64,000 nt of DNA. Origin: Spirochaetia bacterium. GTDB lineage: Bacteria > Spirochaetota > Spirochaetia > DSM-2461. How positions within the stretch are numbered: the first letter of the stretch is position 1; every line of letters starts with the position of its first letter. Positions 19,305 through 30,260 of this stretch are shown here, piece after piece. A program made the position numbers and the translations under genes. The notes beneath the pieces are model-generated. The model made no database searches. It saw nothing but the letters and a program-made list of their open reading frames with translations, and had not been told where the DNA came from. The stretch covers positions 5,472,001-5,536,000 of the forward strand of contig OY764216.1 in NCBI GenBank assembly GCA_963668315.1, given 5' to 3'.

Positions 19305-20720
19305 TTGAAGAAGGAGTATCGTGTGAATCGGAAGAGGAAAGGTGCCTTATCGTGCAGAATTCTCTGGATTGTCAGCGCGGCATTCGCTGCCGCTGTTGTC
19401 ATTGGAGTCGGGCTACCGAGGGCAGGTTCGCATCTGTTCTTCTCCAAGACGAACGAGCCCGGCACATCCGCGATGAAAACAGGACTTCGTCGGGTGCTGA
19501 CCGAGACGGTTTCGGACCACGCCGAAGCCGATTTGACGACGTTTCCGGGAGCAACCAAGGCTTCCCAAGCGTCTGACCTGGCATTTCGTGTCGGGGGACC
19601 GTTGATTGAGGTCAAGGTGAAGCCTGGAGATCACGTCTCACGGGGCGACGTGCTTATGCGCATCGATCCACGGGATTTCGAGACAGCAGCCAAGGCTGCC
19701 GAGGCAACCCTTGTCTCGGCGCAAGCCAAGCTCAAGGCCATGAAAGAGGGGGCGCGCGAGGAGGATATCCGCGTCCTGGAGGCGAAGCTTGCTGCCGGGA
19801 AGGCGCGTCGTGACTATGTGGAAAAGAACCACGTCCGCTACGGGGAACTTGTCAAGAAGAACGCGATTGCACGGCAGCAGATGGACAGCATCGAGGCTGA
19901 ACTCGAAGCCGCCGTTGAGGACGTTCGTGCTCTTGAGAAGGAGTTGGAAAAGGCCCAGAGAGGCGCTCGCCTTGAGGACATCCAGGCCATGGAAGCGGAC
20001 ATCCGTGGAATGGAAGCACAGCTTCAAGCGGCCCGGGACGCGTTGGAGGACACCCGGCTGCTGGCCCCTTTTGACGGTACGGTCACACAACAACTCGTCG
20101 AGAACCATGAACAGGTTGCCGCCGGCCAGGTTGTGGTCGGCATGCACAACGTCTCCACAATCGAAATTGAGGTCGACCTGCCCGAAAAAGAACTCGTCCA
20201 TCGCCGTCCAGGGGACGGATTTGCTGCATCCGTACGTTTTGCAGCGGTAGGCAACCGTCTCTTCGAAGCGACGCTTCACGAAATGAACACCAAAGCCGAT
20301 CAGGCAACAAAGACCTACAAAGTGACCTTTGCGATGCCCGCCCCCAACGATGTCACGATTCTCCCGGGCATGGTGGCGGAAGTTCAACTTGAATCACGCG
20401 CCAATGAAGACTCCGGTGGGCCCAAGGCGATGGTTCCCGCCGCGGCCGTCATGGGCAATCAACACGGCAACCGATTCGTTTGGGTCGTTGCCGACGATTC
20501 GACCGTTCAGCATCGCAACGTGGAACTCGGCTGGCTCTCGTCGAACAACCGCTACATCGTCCAATCGGGTATTCACCAAGGCGAACGCGTGGTCATCTCC
20601 GGGGCAGCGTTTCTCCACAATGGCGAACAGGTACTCGCGGAAGACACAGACACGACACCGAAAACGGCTTCTCACAACCAGTTGAAACCTCGCCCCTCGG
20701 CACAGCCACATGGCTGTTAA
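19305..20720 (+). CDS. RND efflux periplasmic adaptor (membrane fusion protein)
   Basis: N-terminal anchor, DLAFRVGGPLIEVKVKPGD, long coiled-coil hairpin, LLAPFDGTV, ILPGMVAEV; start uncertain. Confidence 0.93.
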   Translation: MKKEYRVNRKRKGALSCRILWIVSAAFAAAVVIGVGLPRAGSHLFFSKTNEPGTSAMKTGLRRVLTETVSDHAEADLTTFPGATKASQASDLAFRVGGPLIEVKVKPGDHVSRGDVLMRIDPRDFETAAKAAEATLVSAQAKLKAMKEGAREEDIRVLEAKLAAGKARRDYVEKNHVRYGELVKKNAIARQQMDSIEAELEAAVEDVRALEKELEKAQRGARLEDIQAMEADIRGMEAQLQAARDALEDTRLLAPFDGTVTQQLVENHEQVAAGQVVVGMHNVSTIEIEVDLPEKELVHRRPGDGFAASVRFAAVGNRLFEATLHEMNTKADQATKTYKVTFAMPAPNDVTILPGMVAEVQLESRANEDSGGPKAMVPAAAVMGNQHGNRFVWVVADDSTVQHRNVELGWLSSNNRYIVQSGIHQGERVVISGAAFLHNGEQVLAEDTDTTPKTASHNQLKPRPSAQPHGC

Positions 20721-20878
20721 GAGGTGGCAGAAAGACCGCATCCAACCTTCGCCACCGAGAACCGTCGCGACGCACGCCCCAAATACCGGTGAGTTGTCTT
20801 TGCGCTGATGCTGGATGCAGCCCTCGACACGTCACCGCCACGCGGAGCACCGCGGACTGACAGAAACAGGCAGAATTC

Positions 20879-23800
20879 GTGAATCCCGCCAAGATCGCAC
20901 TCAACAACCGAATATCGGTCATCGTACTGACACTCGTAGTCGCAGTTGTCGGCATCCGTTCCTACTTTCGTCTTGGGAGGCTGGAGAATCCGGATTTCGT
21001 TATTAAGACAGCTCTGATCTACACGGCCTACCCCGGTGCGTCTGCCGAGGAAGTCGAGCAAGAAGTGACCGACGTCATCGAGGAGGCCATCCAGTCCCTC
21101 GGGGAACTCGATGAAATCAGTTCCACCTCCATGGACGGCCTGTCGGTGGTCGAAGCGGAGATGAAGTCCAAATTCTCCGGGAACCGATTGCAGCAAGTTT
21201 GGGACAAACTGCGCCGGAAAGTGAGCGATGCCCAGGGATCTCTCCCACCAGGGGCCGGACCGTCTGTTGTGAACGACGATTTCGGCGACGTCTACGGGCT
21301 TTTCTACGCCATCTCGGGAGACGAGTACAGTTATGAAGCGTTGAAGGAGTATGGCGAGGACATCAAGAAGGAACTGCTCCTTTGTGACGACGTGGCGAAA
21401 ATCGACTTCTGGGGACTTCAGCCGGAAGTCATCTACATCGAAGTGTCCCAGGAACGGATGGCCGAACTTGGAATCTCACCGCAATCGATCGTGAACATCG
21501 TGCGGTCCCAGAACGTCGTACAGCCTTCAGGAAAGGTGCGAGTCGACGGCGACTACATTCGCATCGAGCCGACGGGAGACTTCAGTTCCGAACAACGTAT
21601 TGGCGACCTCCTGATCACCCCCACGGTGACGGGCGGCACGATTCGCCTCAGTGACATCGCCACCATACGACGCGGCTATGCCGATCCGCCCCGCCAATTG
21701 ATGCGTTTCAACGGCCACCACTGCGTCGGCATGGGCATTTCGACCGTGGTCGGAGGGAACGCAGTGACCATGGCGAATTCCGTCAAGGCGAGATTGAAGG
21801 AGCTCGCGTCCCTTCGCCCGCCCGGAATGAACATCGACACCATTTACGATCAGGGCGGCCTTGTCGACAAAGCGGTGAACGGTTTTGTACTCAACCTGGC
21901 CGAGTCCGTTGTGATCGTCGTCGTCCTTCTGCTCCTGTTTATGGGACTGCGGAGCGGCCTGATCATTGGGGCGGTGCTGTTCCTCACCATTCTGGCAACG
22001 TTCGTCTACATGGAAGTTGCCGGGATCGCCTTGCAGAAAATCTCTCTTGGTGCACTGATCATTGCGTTGGGGATGCTTGTCGACAACGCCATCGTTATCG
22101 TCGAGGGTGTGCTCATCAAGTCGCAGCAGGGGATCGACCGAGTGACTGCGGCAATCCAGACCGTTGGCCAGACGCAGATTCCTCTGCTCGGCGCAACGTT
22201 CATCGCCGCCTTGGCTTTTGCCGCGATCGGGTTTGCTCCCGGAAATACCGGTGAATTCTGCTCCTCCCTCTTCTGGGTCCTCGGCATTTCCTTGCTGCTC
22301 AGTTGGGTGACGGCGGTGAGCGTGACCCCGCTCTTGTGTGTCTGGTTCTTGAAGACACCTGCCGCAACGAACAACGACCCCTACGACAAGTTCTTCTTCC
22401 GCGTGTACCGCCGAGTGCTGCATGCCACACTGCATTTCTGGCCTGTAACACTGGGCGCCATCGTCGCGGTGGTTGTTGCGGCGGGAATCGCATTCCGATT
22501 CGTACCCGTGTTCTTCTTTCCCGATTCGACACAACCTTTCTTCCTGCTCGACTTCTATCACGCGGAGGGAACCCATATCGAGAAGACCTCCGAGAGCCTG
22601 CAGAGAATCGAGGAGTTTCTCAGCAAGGAGCCGTCGGTTGTTCGCACGACCACCTTCGTGGGGCAAGGGGCCCTGCGATTCATCTTGTCCTATTCTCCCG
22701 AAGACCCGAACAGCAGTTACGGCCAGATTGTGGTCACCTTTTCCGACGCGGCGGGGATGGAGGCTGCCCGGGAACGCCTCGCGACTTTTCTTCGTGAGAG
22801 TTTCGAAGATGCGGAGTGGAAAATCGAGCGAGTCCCCGAGGGTCCAACCTACGACTACGACATCGAAGCGAGATTTCGCGGACCGGACAAGGCCGTGCTG
22901 CATGACCTCGCGGATCAGGCCAAGGAGATCATGAGACGCTTTCCAACGGACAACGTTCGTGACAACTGGCGCAATCCGGTATGTGTTCTTCGGCCCGAGT
23001 TCGCCGAATCGGTGGCGAGAAAGACCGGCTTGACACAAAGCGATCTGGCCTATGTTCTGGCGATGAACTTCGGTGGACAACAGATCGGCATCTACCGCGA
23101 GAACAACGATCTTCTACCCATCACCTTGCGATCTCCCGCCGACCAGCATGATAGCTATGCCGATGCGCGACGCATCCATGCATGGAGCCAGATTCATGGG
23201 CGCGCCGTGCCTCTTGACGTGATCGTGAGCGAGTGGACCAAGAACTCGGTATGGGAAGACTCCTTGCTCAAACGGCGTTTCCGTCAACGGGAGATCACGG
23301 CCCAATGCAACGCACGAGGCGGATATGCATCCGCCCTCTTCCAACAAATAGGGCCCCTCATTGAGGGCATCGAACTACCACCAGGATACACACTCCGGTG
23401 GGGTGGCGAGTACGAAACGGCAATGGAAGGTCAGGAGCCCCTAGCGGCCATGTTTCCCCTTTGCCTCCTCACGATGTTTCTCATCCTGATCCTGATGTTC
23501 AACGCGTTGCGAGAACCGCTGATCATCTTCCTTTGCCTGCCCTTGATCGTTGTCGGCGTTGCCGCCGGGCTGCTCCTCAGTGGTTTGCCATTCGGGTTCA
23601 TGGCGATCCTGGGCTTCCTGGGACTAACGGGCATGTTGATCAAGAACGCGATCGTGCTGATCGACGAAATCGACGCCAACAAAGCGTTGGGCCTTGCGCC
23701 GTACAGATCCGTCCTGGATGCCGCCACAAGCCGTCTCAGACCGGTCACCATGGCATCGGGAACAACGGTCCTGGGAATGACGCCTTTGCTCTGGGATCCG

Positions 23801-23941
23801 TTCTATTGCAGTATGGGAGCAACCGTTGCCGGCGGGCTGATCGGCTCGACAATTCTCGTCCTGCTGGTGGTCCCCTTATTCTACGTCTTGTTTTTCCGTA
23901 TCAAGCCGCAGTGCCCGTTGTCTCCGCCGAAATCTGCCTGA
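20879..23941 (+). CDS. RND efflux permease (AcrB/AcrD/AcrF family)
   Basis: 1020 aa; YPGASAEEVEQEVT, GMLVDNAIVIVE, IKNAIVLID, RLRPVTM. Confidence 0.96.
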   Translation: MNPAKIALNNRISVIVLTLVVAVVGIRSYFRLGRLENPDFVIKTALIYTAYPGASAEEVEQEVTDVIEEAIQSLGELDEISSTSMDGLSVVEAEMKSKFSGNRLQQVWDKLRRKVSDAQGSLPPGAGPSVVNDDFGDVYGLFYAISGDEYSYEALKEYGEDIKKELLLCDDVAKIDFWGLQPEVIYIEVSQERMAELGISPQSIVNIVRSQNVVQPSGKVRVDGDYIRIEPTGDFSSEQRIGDLLITPTVTGGTIRLSDIATIRRGYADPPRQLMRFNGHHCVGMGISTVVGGNAVTMANSVKARLKELASLRPPGMNIDTIYDQGGLVDKAVNGFVLNLAESVVIVVVLLLLFMGLRSGLIIGAVLFLTILATFVYMEVAGIALQKISLGALIIALGMLVDNAIVIVEGVLIKSQQGIDRVTAAIQTVGQTQIPLLGATFIAALAFAAIGFAPGNTGEFCSSLFWVLGISLLLSWVTAVSVTPLLCVWFLKTPAATNNDPYDKFFFRVYRRVLHATLHFWPVTLGAIVAVVVAAGIAFRFVPVFFFPDSTQPFFLLDFYHAEGTHIEKTSESLQRIEEFLSKEPSVVRTTTFVGQGALRFILSYSPEDPNSSYGQIVVTFSDAAGMEAARERLATFLRESFEDAEWKIERVPEGPTYDYDIEARFRGPDKAVLHDLADQAKEIMRRFPTDNVRDNWRNPVCVLRPEFAESVARKTGLTQSDLAYVLAMNFGGQQIGIYRENNDLLPITLRSPADQHDSYADARRIHAWSQIHGRAVPLDVIVSEWTKNSVWEDSLLKRRFRQREITAQCNARGGYASALFQQIGPLIEGIELPPGYTLRWGGEYETAMEGQEPLAAMFPLCLLTMFLILILMFNALREPLIIFLCLPLIVVGVAAGLLLSGLPFGFMAILGFLGLTGMLIKNAIVLIDEIDANKALGLAPYRSVLDAATSRLRPVTMASGTTVLGMTPLLWDPFYCSMGATVAGGLIGSTILVLLVVPLFYVLFFRIKPQCPLSPPKSA

Positions 23942-23974
23942 CACGTGGCCAAATGCTGAACAGGAGCCGTCGTC

Positions 23975-24769
23975 ATGAGACCCTTTGACAACAAGCCGGA
24001 AGGGGCATCATTCTTCGCCGTGCAAGACCATGGCGATGTCACTGTCTTGAGACTCGGAATACACGTTCCCGAGCATATGACAGATCTCCGTGAAACCGAT
24101 CGACTGTGGGACTTCCTGGCAGGTCGTCACGGTCAGGCCAAGAAGGTTCTCCTGATCACGAGCGAGCCAGAAACGCTCGCTCCGGCAAGCTTGGACGAGT
24201 TCTGGACACATGTCCACAAGGATGAAGCCAAGGGCCGGTTGCCTGAATCGCAAATCGCCGCTGACGTTGCGATTGCGAGGGAAGAGAATGCATTCCGACA
24301 CTTCGTAGAACTCCTCCGGAACAGTGAGAGCTTTGTGATTTCTGCCGTTCAGGGGCAATGCGACTTCAGCTTCTTGGGCGGGATACTGGCCAGCGACTAT
24401 CGCATCGCTTCGGAGGATACGGCCTTCATCAATCGGCTGTTCAGATCCGAAACGACCGTGGGAGTGCTCCCGTGGTTCCTGTCACGCTTTCTCGGACACG
24501 CCGAGGCCGCTGACATCCTCCTCGAAGGTCGCTCCCTCACGGCCACGGAGGCCTATGATCTGAAACTGGTGAACAAACTCGTTCCCTCCGATTGCTTCGA
24601 GCAAATGGTGTTCGACGTGGCCGAGCGTTTTGCCTCCATTCCAACGCACGCCCTCCGCTCGCTGAAACGGAGTCTTGTTGCTTCCGTGGAGGGCCTTGCA
24701 GCATACCTCGACAGGATCGGGACAGGATTTCAATACCGTGCGAGGCTTCCTCAAAACGACCCTTGGTAG
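23975..24769 (+). CDS. Enoyl-CoA hydratase/isomerase (crotonase) fold protein
   Basis: VISAVQG, ASDYRIASEDTAF, LTATEAYDLKLVNKLVP. Confidence 0.75.
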   Translation: MRPFDNKPEGASFFAVQDHGDVTVLRLGIHVPEHMTDLRETDRLWDFLAGRHGQAKKVLLITSEPETLAPASLDEFWTHVHKDEAKGRLPESQIAADVAIAREENAFRHFVELLRNSESFVISAVQGQCDFSFLGGILASDYRIASEDTAFINRLFRSETTVGVLPWFLSRFLGHAEAADILLEGRSLTATEAYDLKLVNKLVPSDCFEQMVFDVAERFASIPTHALRSLKRSLVASVEGLAAYLDRIGTGFQYRARLPQNDPW

Positions 24770-24798
24770 GATGGTGGACTCGTTTTCCGGATGCCCCC

Positions 24799-27372
24799 TC
24801 ACTGCTCCTGTCGACTGACACTCCCTTCGCACACAACGCCCGCCGGCAGCTTTGCGTCTATCGGCGTTCCATGGACTTCCAGGGAGCCGTTGGCGATCGT
24901 GCCTAGGAGCGTGGCCTTCGCCTGCGATCCGGTCAAGCTCACGTGATCGCGGCGACCGGCGAAGTTGACGTTGACGGCAAATACTTCGCCGCTGCTCACC
25001 TGCAAGCCGTTGCCGTAACGCTGGGCGTGCAGGCCCTGCAATACGAGGCGACCGTTCTCCACAAGCGCCAGTGTACTGGGATCGCCCCACACCATCGTGT
25101 TGATCAGGCGAGCGACGCCCGAGTACCCCGCGCCGAGCTTGATGGCAATCTTGTTCTCGGACGACATCGCCACGAGTTCGGAATTGATCATGTCGATGCG
25201 CCCGTTGCCCTTCTCGAAGAACACGCCGACCTTCGAGCCGTCGGTACCGTGGCCATGGATCACGGCATTTTCGGGGCCCCGGCCGTCCTGCTGGACATAG
25301 TGGATGCCGTAGAGCGAGCCGTAAACAAAGTTCTGGAACAGCACTTCCTCACGGCAGTTGCCGATCAGCATGGCATCGAGGTTTTCCTTCTGAAACGTCC
25401 AGAGCGCGTTAAAATCCAACCTGCCTCGGGGGAAGAAAGGATTCCGTTGGTCAAAGCGGGACCAGTAATGGGGATTGAACTGGGTGTTGCGCACCTCACC
25501 CGCGACGCTGCCGCCTCCCAGGGCCACGCCGACCTTCAAGGGCGATCCGGAGAGATATTCCACGTAGTGCCGGTCGCAACGATACGTCATCAAATCCAGA
25601 AACCGATACGGGTTGCGACAGTTGACGTGGACAATATAGAGGTCCTCGCCTTTGCCCTGAATCAAGAACGGATACTCCTTCACGTTGCCGATACGGAGAT
25701 CCGGGTAGCTGAACGAGAGCCCTTTGAGCCCCGCCCGTGCGTTGACGGTTACGGCCGGAGTTTGCTCATCGGGAGCGGGATAGACATGGATCATGCTGCC
25801 GCTGCCCATGGTGTGATGGGGAACGTCGTGAATGCCACGCAACTCGACCCCGCTGGGCACAGAAAGCGTACCGCGCAGAATGTAGTTGCCGCCGGGCACG
25901 AACACGATGCCACCGCCGTCCTTGCCGGCCTGATCCAGTGCACTCTGCAGAGCCTGAGTGTCGTCGTCTTCGTCCCGCCCGTTGGCATTCCACGGCAACT
26001 CGGTGGCCACGTAGAGCACCTCCCGCGCGGCACGGGTCACGCGAGTCGTGTTGGCGTCGAATTGCGGGACGCCCTGCAAGGTTACCGGCCTATCGATAAG
26101 TTTGAGCTTCCCCGGCTCCATGTCGTTCTGGATCCTGGGCGGCCCCTGGGCGAACGTATTGCCCATCAGTGCCGCCCCCTGCGCGTCGGCGCCCAGTACG
26201 ATTCGCGAATCGGAATCGGTCATTTCAACTGACGTCATCGCCAGAACACCACCGGTCATGGTGATGTCGCCGCGCGTGATGCGGCTCTTCTGAATAATGA
26301 AACAGCCCGTGCCCTCGCAGTAGAGAGCCTGATCTCCGGATACGTCGCAGTCATTCAAGAGAATTGCGGCACCGAACGGCCTGCCCAGACGAAAGCCATA
26401 GTCGCGTCCAGCAAAGGCACATCGCGTGAAGACCATGCCGTAAGGGTTCGTTTCATGCACCTCGACCGCCGTCTTACAGTTACGAATGTCGAGACCGTAG
26501 AACTGGGCGTTTGCCGAACCGCGTGCCCCCCTGGTGATCAGGTAACCGGTGTGATAGCCGTCGACCGCGACGTAAGCAACGTACTCCCAGTCGCTCCGCT
26601 GCATGTGGATGGCCGTGCCGTTGTCCAGCAGCCATGCAGCAAATTCCGCTTCGCCCCGGGGACTGTTATCCAAACCGCAACGGCACCAATAGTCGGGTGA
26701 GAAGTGGATATTCTCCAGCCGCCCGATATCGGTGGTCGAGTCGTAGCGGATCCCGATCTTCAAGGGCGTGCCATAAACGTTGTGGACGAAGTGCAACTCG
26801 TTGCCGCCCGGTCCTATGCGGATTCCCTGATAAGGGTTGACCAGGGTCAGGTTCTCGAACGTGGCGTTGTCGCCGCTCTTCTGACTCAGACAGTAGGGAT
26901 AAGGAACGATGTCGTCGGCGTTCTGCTCGGGATACCAGATCGTCAGGTCCTTGACACCCGCACAGTAGTTGACGGTGATAAACGGCGTTCCTTCCTCTTC
27001 GCCTCGCCCGGCATAGGCCATCAGAACCGTGCCCTGGGCGGCGGGCTCTTCCTTCATCGGTGCGGTCCACTCACCGCGCAAGGTCACCGAGACAGGAACC
27101 TCGAGAGTCCCCTTGATCACGTAGCGGCCCGCGGGCACGAACACCGTGCCGCCCCCGGCAGCCGCCATCTGATCCAGGGCCTGCTGAAACGCTCCCGTAC
27201 AGTCCGTCTGCCCATCACCTTGGGCGCCGAAATCGACGACACTGTATCCGGCAATGACCGTGTCAGACGTGGAAAATCTGGTCTTGATGATCTTCCACTG
27301 AGGAGCTGCCGGAGCGCCATAAGCAACACTGCACAGTAGCAGGCTCACGATAACGTGCTTCAGGGACGTCAT
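24799..27372 (-). CDS. Exported beta-helix carbohydrate-active protein with two Pectate_lyase_3-like domains (GH55/GH28-like)
   Basis: Signal peptide; two copies of the (FGA)xGDGxxDxTxAxQxALD...GGGxVFVPxGxY motif. Confidence 0.8.
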   Translation of the reverse strand: MTSLKHVIVSLLLCSVAYGAPAAPQWKIIKTRFSTSDTVIAGYSVVDFGAQGDGQTDCTGAFQQALDQMAAAGGGTVFVPAGRYVIKGTLEVPVSVTLRGEWTAPMKEEPAAQGTVLMAYAGRGEEEGTPFITVNYCAGVKDLTIWYPEQNADDIVPYPYCLSQKSGDNATFENLTLVNPYQGIRIGPGGNELHFVHNVYGTPLKIGIRYDSTTDIGRLENIHFSPDYWCRCGLDNSPRGEAEFAAWLLDNGTAIHMQRSDWEYVAYVAVDGYHTGYLITRGARGSANAQFYGLDIRNCKTAVEVHETNPYGMVFTRCAFAGRDYGFRLGRPFGAAILLNDCDVSGDQALYCEGTGCFIIQKSRITRGDITMTGGVLAMTSVEMTDSDSRIVLGADAQGAALMGNTFAQGPPRIQNDMEPGKLKLIDRPVTLQGVPQFDANTTRVTRAAREVLYVATELPWNANGRDEDDDTQALQSALDQAGKDGGGIVFVPGGNYILRGTLSVPSGVELRGIHDVPHHTMGSGSMIHVYPAPDEQTPAVTVNARAGLKGLSFSYPDLRIGNVKEYPFLIQGKGEDLYIVHVNCRNPYRFLDLMTYRCDRHYVEYLSGSPLKVGVALGGGSVAGEVRNTQFNPHYWSRFDQRNPFFPRGRLDFNALWTFQKENLDAMLIGNCREEVLFQNFVYGSLYGIHYVQQDGRGPENAVIHGHGTDGSKVGVFFEKGNGRIDMINSELVAMSSENKIAIKLGAGYSGVARLINTMVWGDPSTLALVENGRLVLQGLHAQRYGNGLQVSSGEVFAVNVNFAGRRDHVSLTGSQAKATLLGTIANGSLEVHGTPIDAKLPAGVVCEGSVSRQEQ

Positions 27373-27408
27373 GTTTTTCCTCGTCGCAGAACTGCTGTTG
27401 GAAGAACC

Positions 27409-30168
27409 TCACTCCTGCAGATTCAGTTGGCCATCCAGCTTGTACGTTTCACCGGCAACGGTGTCGAAGGTACGAGCCAGGTCGCCATAGCGTAGTCGGC
27501 AGGTTCGCCCGGCCTTGGAAAGGATGGTGACGCCATTCAGTTTGCCCTCTTCCCAACGCATGTTGACGTCGAAGGCGCCCCGGGCGCAGAGGCCTGCGAT
27601 GCTGCCGCTCGGCCAGGCATCGGGCAGGGCGGGCAGCAGATGAACGACTCCCATGTGGCTCTGGAGCAGCATCTCCGTGACCCCCGCGGTGGCGCCGAAG
27701 TTGCCGTCGATCTGGAAGGGCGGGTGGGTGTCGAAGAGGTTGGGCAACGTGCTGTGGATCAACTGTTCCTTGAGCATGAGGTAGGAATGATTCCCGTCGT
27801 GCAGTCGGGCCCAGAAGTTGACTTTCCATGCCTTGCTCCAGCCCGTGCCGCCGTCGCCCCTGGCGGTTAGCGAAATTTTGGCCGCCTCGGTGTATTTCGG
27901 CGTGGTCAAAGGTGATATCTGCCGGCCCGGATGCAGGGCGAAGAGATGGGATACGTGGCGGTGTCTGTCATTCGGCCTGTCCCAGTCGGGTTTCCACTCC
28001 TGAAGCTGCCCCCACTTGCCAATCCGCAAGCCCGGGTCCAGTTTGTCCCTGGTTTCGATCAGGGTCGCTTTGAACTCGGGATCGGCCTGGAGGATGTCGC
28101 AGGCCTCGATGGTGTTGGTCAGCAGGTCCCAGGCAATCTGCTGGTGAATCGAGGCTCCCACGCAGAAGCCGCCGTTCTCGGGCGAATAGGAGGGCGACGA
28201 AACCAGCTTGCCGTCGTCGCCGTCGACGACCAGGTAGTCCAGCCAGAACTCGGCCGCTTCCTTCATGATCGGATAGGCCACGTTGCGCAGATAGTCGCGA
28301 TCCTGGGTGTAGCGATAGTGCTCAAAGACATGTTGGCACAGCCACGCGCCGGCTTCCGGGGCATAGAAAGCCCCGCTCGTGCTCGGCCCCGTGTGACCGA
28401 AGATGTTGTTCTCGTGGTGCGTGGTCCAACCTCCGGCCCCATAGAAGTTCCTGGCCGAGATGCGACCGCGCGGGCGCAGGCTGTCGATGTATTCAATCAA
28501 CGGGAGGTGACATTCGCTGAGATTCGTGACCTCAGCAGGCCAGTAGTTCATCTGGACGTTGATATTCGTGTGGTAGTCCGCATTCCAGGGCGGATTCATG
28601 ACGTTGTTCCACATGCCCTGCAGATTGGCGGGCAGCGTGCCGGGACGGGAGGAACTAATCAGAAGATAGCGGCCGAACTGAAAATACAGCGTCTCCAGCG
28701 CCGGGTCGTTGCCCTCATAGGCCTTGAGCGTTTCATCCGTCGGCAGCGCCGTCGGCAGCGCCGACGGCGTGGCGTCGAGATCCAGGCTGACCCGATTGAA
28801 GAGCCCCTGGTAGTCCGCCAAATGGCGGGCCTTGAGCTTGTCATAGGACATTGCGCTTGCCGCGTCGACCCGTTTCGTCACGGCCTCGTGCGGATGGGGG
28901 CCCTTGTAATTCGGGTACTCATTGACATAGCCCGTGCCAATGGCCGTGATGATCACCACCGAATCCGCTTTGCTGACAGCCAGGCTCTTGGCGCTCTCCG
29001 AGATCGTTCCTCCCTGAGCAATGACCTGGGTCTGCGATTCGAAGGCCATCTTGTTGCTGGTCAACGCTCCGCTGAAGGTAAGCCGGCCGTCCGCGACCGT
29101 GGTCACCGAATCGGAATGGGCCGACGCCAGACGCAGGTCAAAGGACAAGCTTCCGGCAGGCTGGGCGGCGAGCTTCATCACCAGCACGTTGTCCGGGTAG
29201 CTGATGAAATACTCACGGGTGTAGGAGACGCCATTGAGTTGGTAACTGACGCGGGTGACCGCCTCGGCGAGATCGAGTTGGCGACGATACTGCTGAACCT
29301 CGACGCTCTGCCCCGGGGGATCGAACCGTATCTCGGCCAATTGCAGCCCGATGCCGGCGTTGTTCTCCATGTCCAGGCGATAGAACGTGTAGGGCCGGTC
29401 GTTGTCGAAACGGAAGTTGCGAGTCATGTGCCGCTTGGGAAAATCTTCGTCGGACCGGCTGTCCAAGGTCTTCCAGGTATGGCCGTCGTTGGAGCCCTTG
29501 AGCGTCCAGTTCTTCGGGTCGCGATGGTCCGCATCGTTGGCAGAGGTCAACGAGTAGGTGGTGACCACCACGGGCTTGTTCATTTTGGCTTGGATCCAGT
29601 AGGGGCCTCCCGTTTGGCCGGTGAACCACTTGGAATGAACTTGGCCGTCAAAGGCCGATTCCTTCGGTTCGTTGTCCTGCTGGGCGCTGACCTGGATGTC
29701 GACGGCATGGAGTCTCTCCATGAAATCCAGATAGAGATCGCCGAAGGTCAGGTACGAACCGAAGCCGTTGCGGACGCCCTTGAGTTCCGGCATCAAGCGA
29801 GTGGCCTCTTCGTACTTCTTCTCGGCCAGCAGCGTTCGGATTTGGGCAAGATACTCGGTCCGATCCGGCCGGTTGCCGCCCGTGTATTCGGGATCCTCGC
29901 CCGGGCCCCCCGACCACAGGCTCTTCTCGTTGAGATTGATGTGCTCCTGGTCCACGCCCCCGAAGACCATGCCACCCATATGGCCGTTCCCCATGGGCAG
30001 GGCCTGGAATTCCCACCCGGTTGCCGGCGCACGATACCACAAGGCCAACGTGGATGCCGGACGATCGGCAGGCCGGGTGAAGGTGATCTCGGCCGCCGCT
30101 TGCTGGGCGTACCAGCCAAGAAAGAACATGGAAAAGACGAAGAAGCACGCAAAACTCTGTTTTTTCAT
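27409..30168 (-). CDS. GH95 alpha-L-fucosidase/alpha-L-galactosidase with an inserted F5/8-type C (discoidin/CBM32-like) module
   Basis: ALPMGNG, FQFGRYLLISSSR, PANLQG, YHTNINVQMNYW, HRHVSHL, PPFQIDGNFG; insert contains YSLTSANDA..RDPKNWTLKGSNDG. Confidence 0.95.
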   Translation of the reverse strand: MKKQSFACFFVFSMFFLGWYAQQAAAEITFTRPADRPASTLALWYRAPATGWEFQALPMGNGHMGGMVFGGVDQEHINLNEKSLWSGGPGEDPEYTGGNRPDRTEYLAQIRTLLAEKKYEEATRLMPELKGVRNGFGSYLTFGDLYLDFMERLHAVDIQVSAQQDNEPKESAFDGQVHSKWFTGQTGGPYWIQAKMNKPVVVTTYSLTSANDADHRDPKNWTLKGSNDGHTWKTLDSRSDEDFPKRHMTRNFRFDNDRPYTFYRLDMENNAGIGLQLAEIRFDPPGQSVEVQQYRRQLDLAEAVTRVSYQLNGVSYTREYFISYPDNVLVMKLAAQPAGSLSFDLRLASAHSDSVTTVADGRLTFSGALTSNKMAFESQTQVIAQGGTISESAKSLAVSKADSVVIITAIGTGYVNEYPNYKGPHPHEAVTKRVDAASAMSYDKLKARHLADYQGLFNRVSLDLDATPSALPTALPTDETLKAYEGNDPALETLYFQFGRYLLISSSRPGTLPANLQGMWNNVMNPPWNADYHTNINVQMNYWPAEVTNLSECHLPLIEYIDSLRPRGRISARNFYGAGGWTTHHENNIFGHTGPSTSGAFYAPEAGAWLCQHVFEHYRYTQDRDYLRNVAYPIMKEAAEFWLDYLVVDGDDGKLVSSPSYSPENGGFCVGASIHQQIAWDLLTNTIEACDILQADPEFKATLIETRDKLDPGLRIGKWGQLQEWKPDWDRPNDRHRHVSHLFALHPGRQISPLTTPKYTEAAKISLTARGDGGTGWSKAWKVNFWARLHDGNHSYLMLKEQLIHSTLPNLFDTHPPFQIDGNFGATAGVTEMLLQSHMGVVHLLPALPDAWPSGSIAGLCARGAFDVNMRWEEGKLNGVTILSKAGRTCRLRYGDLARTFDTVAGETYKLDGQLNLQE

Positions 30169-30260
30169 CGAGAATATCCTACGCAACGATCGCGACATGC
30201 AAAACGACTATTCTATTTGCCAGATCCGGCAGGTGCAATGTCCGTTGCGCGTCGTGATCG

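Noticed and set aside
28739..28762. 12-bp tandem duplication (ALPT-ALPT) in GH95
   Set aside because: Real but in frame in a linker; no sign of function
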